Shown: piece by piece, positions 61,001-63,907 of the stretch | Layout of the letters: each line of letters opens with the position of its first letter | How positions within the stretch are numbered: position 1 is the first letter of the stretch | Source of the DNA: Chiloscyllium plagiosum | Taxonomy: Eukaryota | Direction: 5' to 3' | DNA: 63,907 nucleotides | Assembly: GCF_004010195.1 (NCBI RefSeq) | Contig: NC_057755.1 | Span: forward strand, 9,676,202 to 9,740,108 | Translations under genes and position numbers: made by a program | The notes under the pieces: generated by a model | Database searches by the model: none | Told to the model about the DNA's origin: nothing | The model's input: the letters and a program-made list of their open reading frames with translations, nothing else

Positions 61001-61087
61001 CAGCAACCTCACTCTGCTAGTTTCTCTCCCCAGACCGGCTGGGTTTCTCTAACTATTTCATATGCAAATTAGGCTTGTTTGCTCCAG

Positions 61088-63692
61088 GACGTAACATATT
61101 AAGGGCTGACCTGATCAAAGTCTTCGAGATCTGAACAGAAGAAGACAGGGGAGATGGAGATATACTATTCCCACTGCTTGGGGATTTTAATACTAGGAGC
61201 ATATTCTGAGAAGGCGAATGTGGAGATTGCAGATACTGGACATCAGATACTGGAGATCAGTGTGGTGCTGGAAAAGTACAGCACGTCAGGCAGCATCTGA
61301 GGAGCAGGACAATCGACACTTCAGGCATAAGCCCTTCATCAGGAATGAACATAGTCCGAGAATTAGTACCAGACCATTCGAGAGATATGTTAGGATAGGC
61401 TTCTACACAGAAAGGGTTGGCGATATTTAAAATTCTCTTGCACTAATGGCACTTCCAGTTGTTAATTTTAAATCTGAAATAGATTAAGTTTTGTTAAGCA
61501 AATGTCTGGTGGGATATGTGCCAAAGGTAGGCCTACTTCAGATTCCACTTGTTATGTTCTTCTGCTCGGAAGGGGAAAGCTACACCTTGCTTTTGTCTTT
61601 ATTTTTCTCAGCACACCATTTGCCTGACAAAGTGGACACAGCCAATATTTGATGGTGATTTATTATCTTACATGGAATGCAAAAGTTGTTTTGGTCATTC
61701 CCCGTATCTGGAAGTTATCATCTGGCAAAATAATTACTGTATACTTATCCGAAATGTTCAGAGTCCATCAAGCAAAATATTAATTTTGAATCATTTGTGA
61801 AATGGACTATGCGCATATAGATTAGCTAGGGTATTATTCAGATGAAACTGCTTGAAATTCTGATAAAGAAGTTAATAAATAATTCAATAATTGAAACGAT
61901 AAATCAGTTCACTGAGGAGACGTTTACCAAGGACGCACATTCCAACTATCAGCATTTTGTTTTCTCTCGCAATTGCAAGTTAAATTATATTACAGGGCAT
62001 CATGTCAGCACACTGTTCATTCTCTTCTAGAGAAATAAACTCAATGAATCAGCTTGTCATGAAAAGATTTATCCAACTAAGGAGGAAAACTTTCTGTTTG
62101 TGTTGCTGTTTAAAAGAAACAGTCAATTGTCTAAAACTCCCTGGTGATTCCAACCTACTCAGACATTTGAAATAGCCAAACCTTTGAACACAACTTTTTA
62201 AGCTGAAGAATTCCTTAGGCCACGCAGTCACCCTGTGACCCAGTAACCAGTTAGTTATGTTGTGGGTATCTCACGACATGGGTCTGTTAATTCAGCTGCT
62301 AATGCATAAATCTCAGACAAACACATCCTAAAACAATGAGTTAAACTTTATGGCACGTAGCAACCGAAATAAAGGCTCTCAAGTTAAGCCTCAAATGTCA
62401 ACTTGGATATCACCTGGTTAATGATGGGACATGTTCATGCCAATCAGAAATCTTAAATTAATCTAATTCCACTTGCCAGCATTTGGCCCATAGTCCTCTA
62501 AGCTATTGCCATTCATAGACCTATCCAATGCCTTTAAAATGTTGTAATGTTTACCAGCCTCCACCACTTCCTCTGGCAGCTCATTTAATAAACATATCTC
62601 CCTCCCATTGCCCCTCCCACTACTGGAATCACCATGGAGTTTTAGACAATTGATTGTTTCTTTTAAACAGCAACACAAACAGAACGTTTTCCTCATTAGT
62701 TAGGTAAATCTTTTTTATGACAAGCTGAATCATTGAGTTTATTTCTCTAGAAGAGAATGAACAGTGTGCTGACAAGCCCGACATGATGCTTTGTAATATC
62801 TTTTAACTTGCAATTGTGAGGGAAAAAGAAATGCTGACAGTTGGAATATGCGTCCTTGGTAAATGTCTCCTCAGTGAACTGATTTATCAGTTCAATCATT
62901 GAATTATTTATTAACTTCTTTATCATAATTTCAAGCATTTCCATGTGAAGAATACCCTAGCTAATCTATATGTGTATAGTCCATTTCACAAATCATTCAA
63001 AATTAATATTTTGCTTGATGGACTCTGAACATTTCGGATAAGTATACAGGTGATAATTTGCCAGGTGATAACTTCCAGATACGGGGAATGACCAAAACAA
63101 CTTTTGCATTCCATGTAAGATAATCAATCATCATCAAATATTGGCAGTGCCCACTTTGCCAGGCAAAAGCTGTGCTGAGAAAAATGAAGACAAAAGCAAG
63201 GTGTAGCTTTCCCCTTCCGAGCAGAAGAACATAACAAGTGGAATCTGAAGTAGGCCTACATTTGGCACATATCCCACCAGACATTTGCTTAACAAAACTT
63301 AATCTATTTCAGTTTTAAAATTAATAAATGGAACTGCTATCAGTGCAAGAGAATTTTAAATATCGCCAGCCGTTTCTGTGTAGAAGCCTTTCCTAACATA
63401 TCTCTCGAATGGTCTGGCACTAATTCTCGGACTATGTTCATTCTTGATGAAGGGCTTATGCCTGAAGTGTCGATTGTCCTGCTCGTCAGATGCTGCCTGA
63501 CGTGCTGTACTTTTCCAGCACCACACTGTCAACTTGAATCTCCAGTATCTGCAATCTCCACATTCTCCTTCTCAGAATATGCTCCTAGTGTTAAAACCCC
63601 CAAGCAGTGGGAATAGTTTGTCTCTATTTCCCCTGTCTTCTCCTTTCAGGTCTCGACGACTTTGATCAGGTCAGCCCTTAATCTGTTCCGTC
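61088..63692. repeat. Inverted duplication: arms 61088-62152 and 62624-63692, 471-bp spacer
   Basis: Arms are colinear reverse complements and include the same LINE fragment and Penelope-type insert (61215-61345 / 63437-63570). Confidence 0.95.
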
Positions 63693-63907
63693 ATAGAACA
63701 TAGAACATAGAACAATACAGCATAGAACAGGCCCTTCGGCCCACGATGTTGTGCCGAACATTTGTCCTAGCTTAAGCACCCATCCATGCACCTATCCAAT
63801 TGCCGCTTAAAGGTCACCAAAGATTCTGACTCTACCACTCCCACAGGCAGCGCATTCCATGCCCCCAACCACTCTCTGGGTAAAGAACCCACCCCTAACA
63901 TCTCCCC
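63692..63907 (-). mobile_element. Young CR1/HER1 3' end running off the window
   Basis: (ATAGAAC)n tail; minus strand GGFFTQRVV.GAWNALPVGVVES. Confidence 0.9.

Noticed and set aside
61842..62944. Paired 62/65-aa ORFs (MKLLEILIKK… / MEMLEIMIKK…) open in both arms
   Set aside because: Explained by the recent inverted duplication; no domain or splice support.

Overview
Eukaryotic genomic DNA from a cartilaginous fish, most likely a shark. This is inferred from the HE1-type V-SINEs, HER1/CR1 LINEs, shark-type GPR139-like GPCR relics and a shark-type NLR gene. The window has two assembly gaps and is mostly retroelement debris (CR1, HE1 SINE, Penelope-like elements with hammerhead-ribozyme motifs, Gypsy LTR relics). 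The left two-thirds hold at least three decayed, co-oriented (minus strand) GPR139-like GPCR pseudogenes. The right third holds the only apparently intact gene: a + strand NLR-family gene with coding exons 43684-44056, optional 46939-46995, 55570-56617, 57501-57587, 58675-58845, 59229-59396 and 59640-59727 (644 or 663 aa). It keeps HD1, winged-helix, HD2 and the LRRs but lacks the NACHT P-loop ATPase core, and it has a Cys-rich N-terminus with no recognisable CARD/PYD. The gene is bracketed by a diverged ~155-bp inverted repeat, carries a ~1.5-kb-unit tandem array in its long intron, and is followed by a ~1.07-kb inverted duplication. Repeat boundaries and identities are by-eye estimates.
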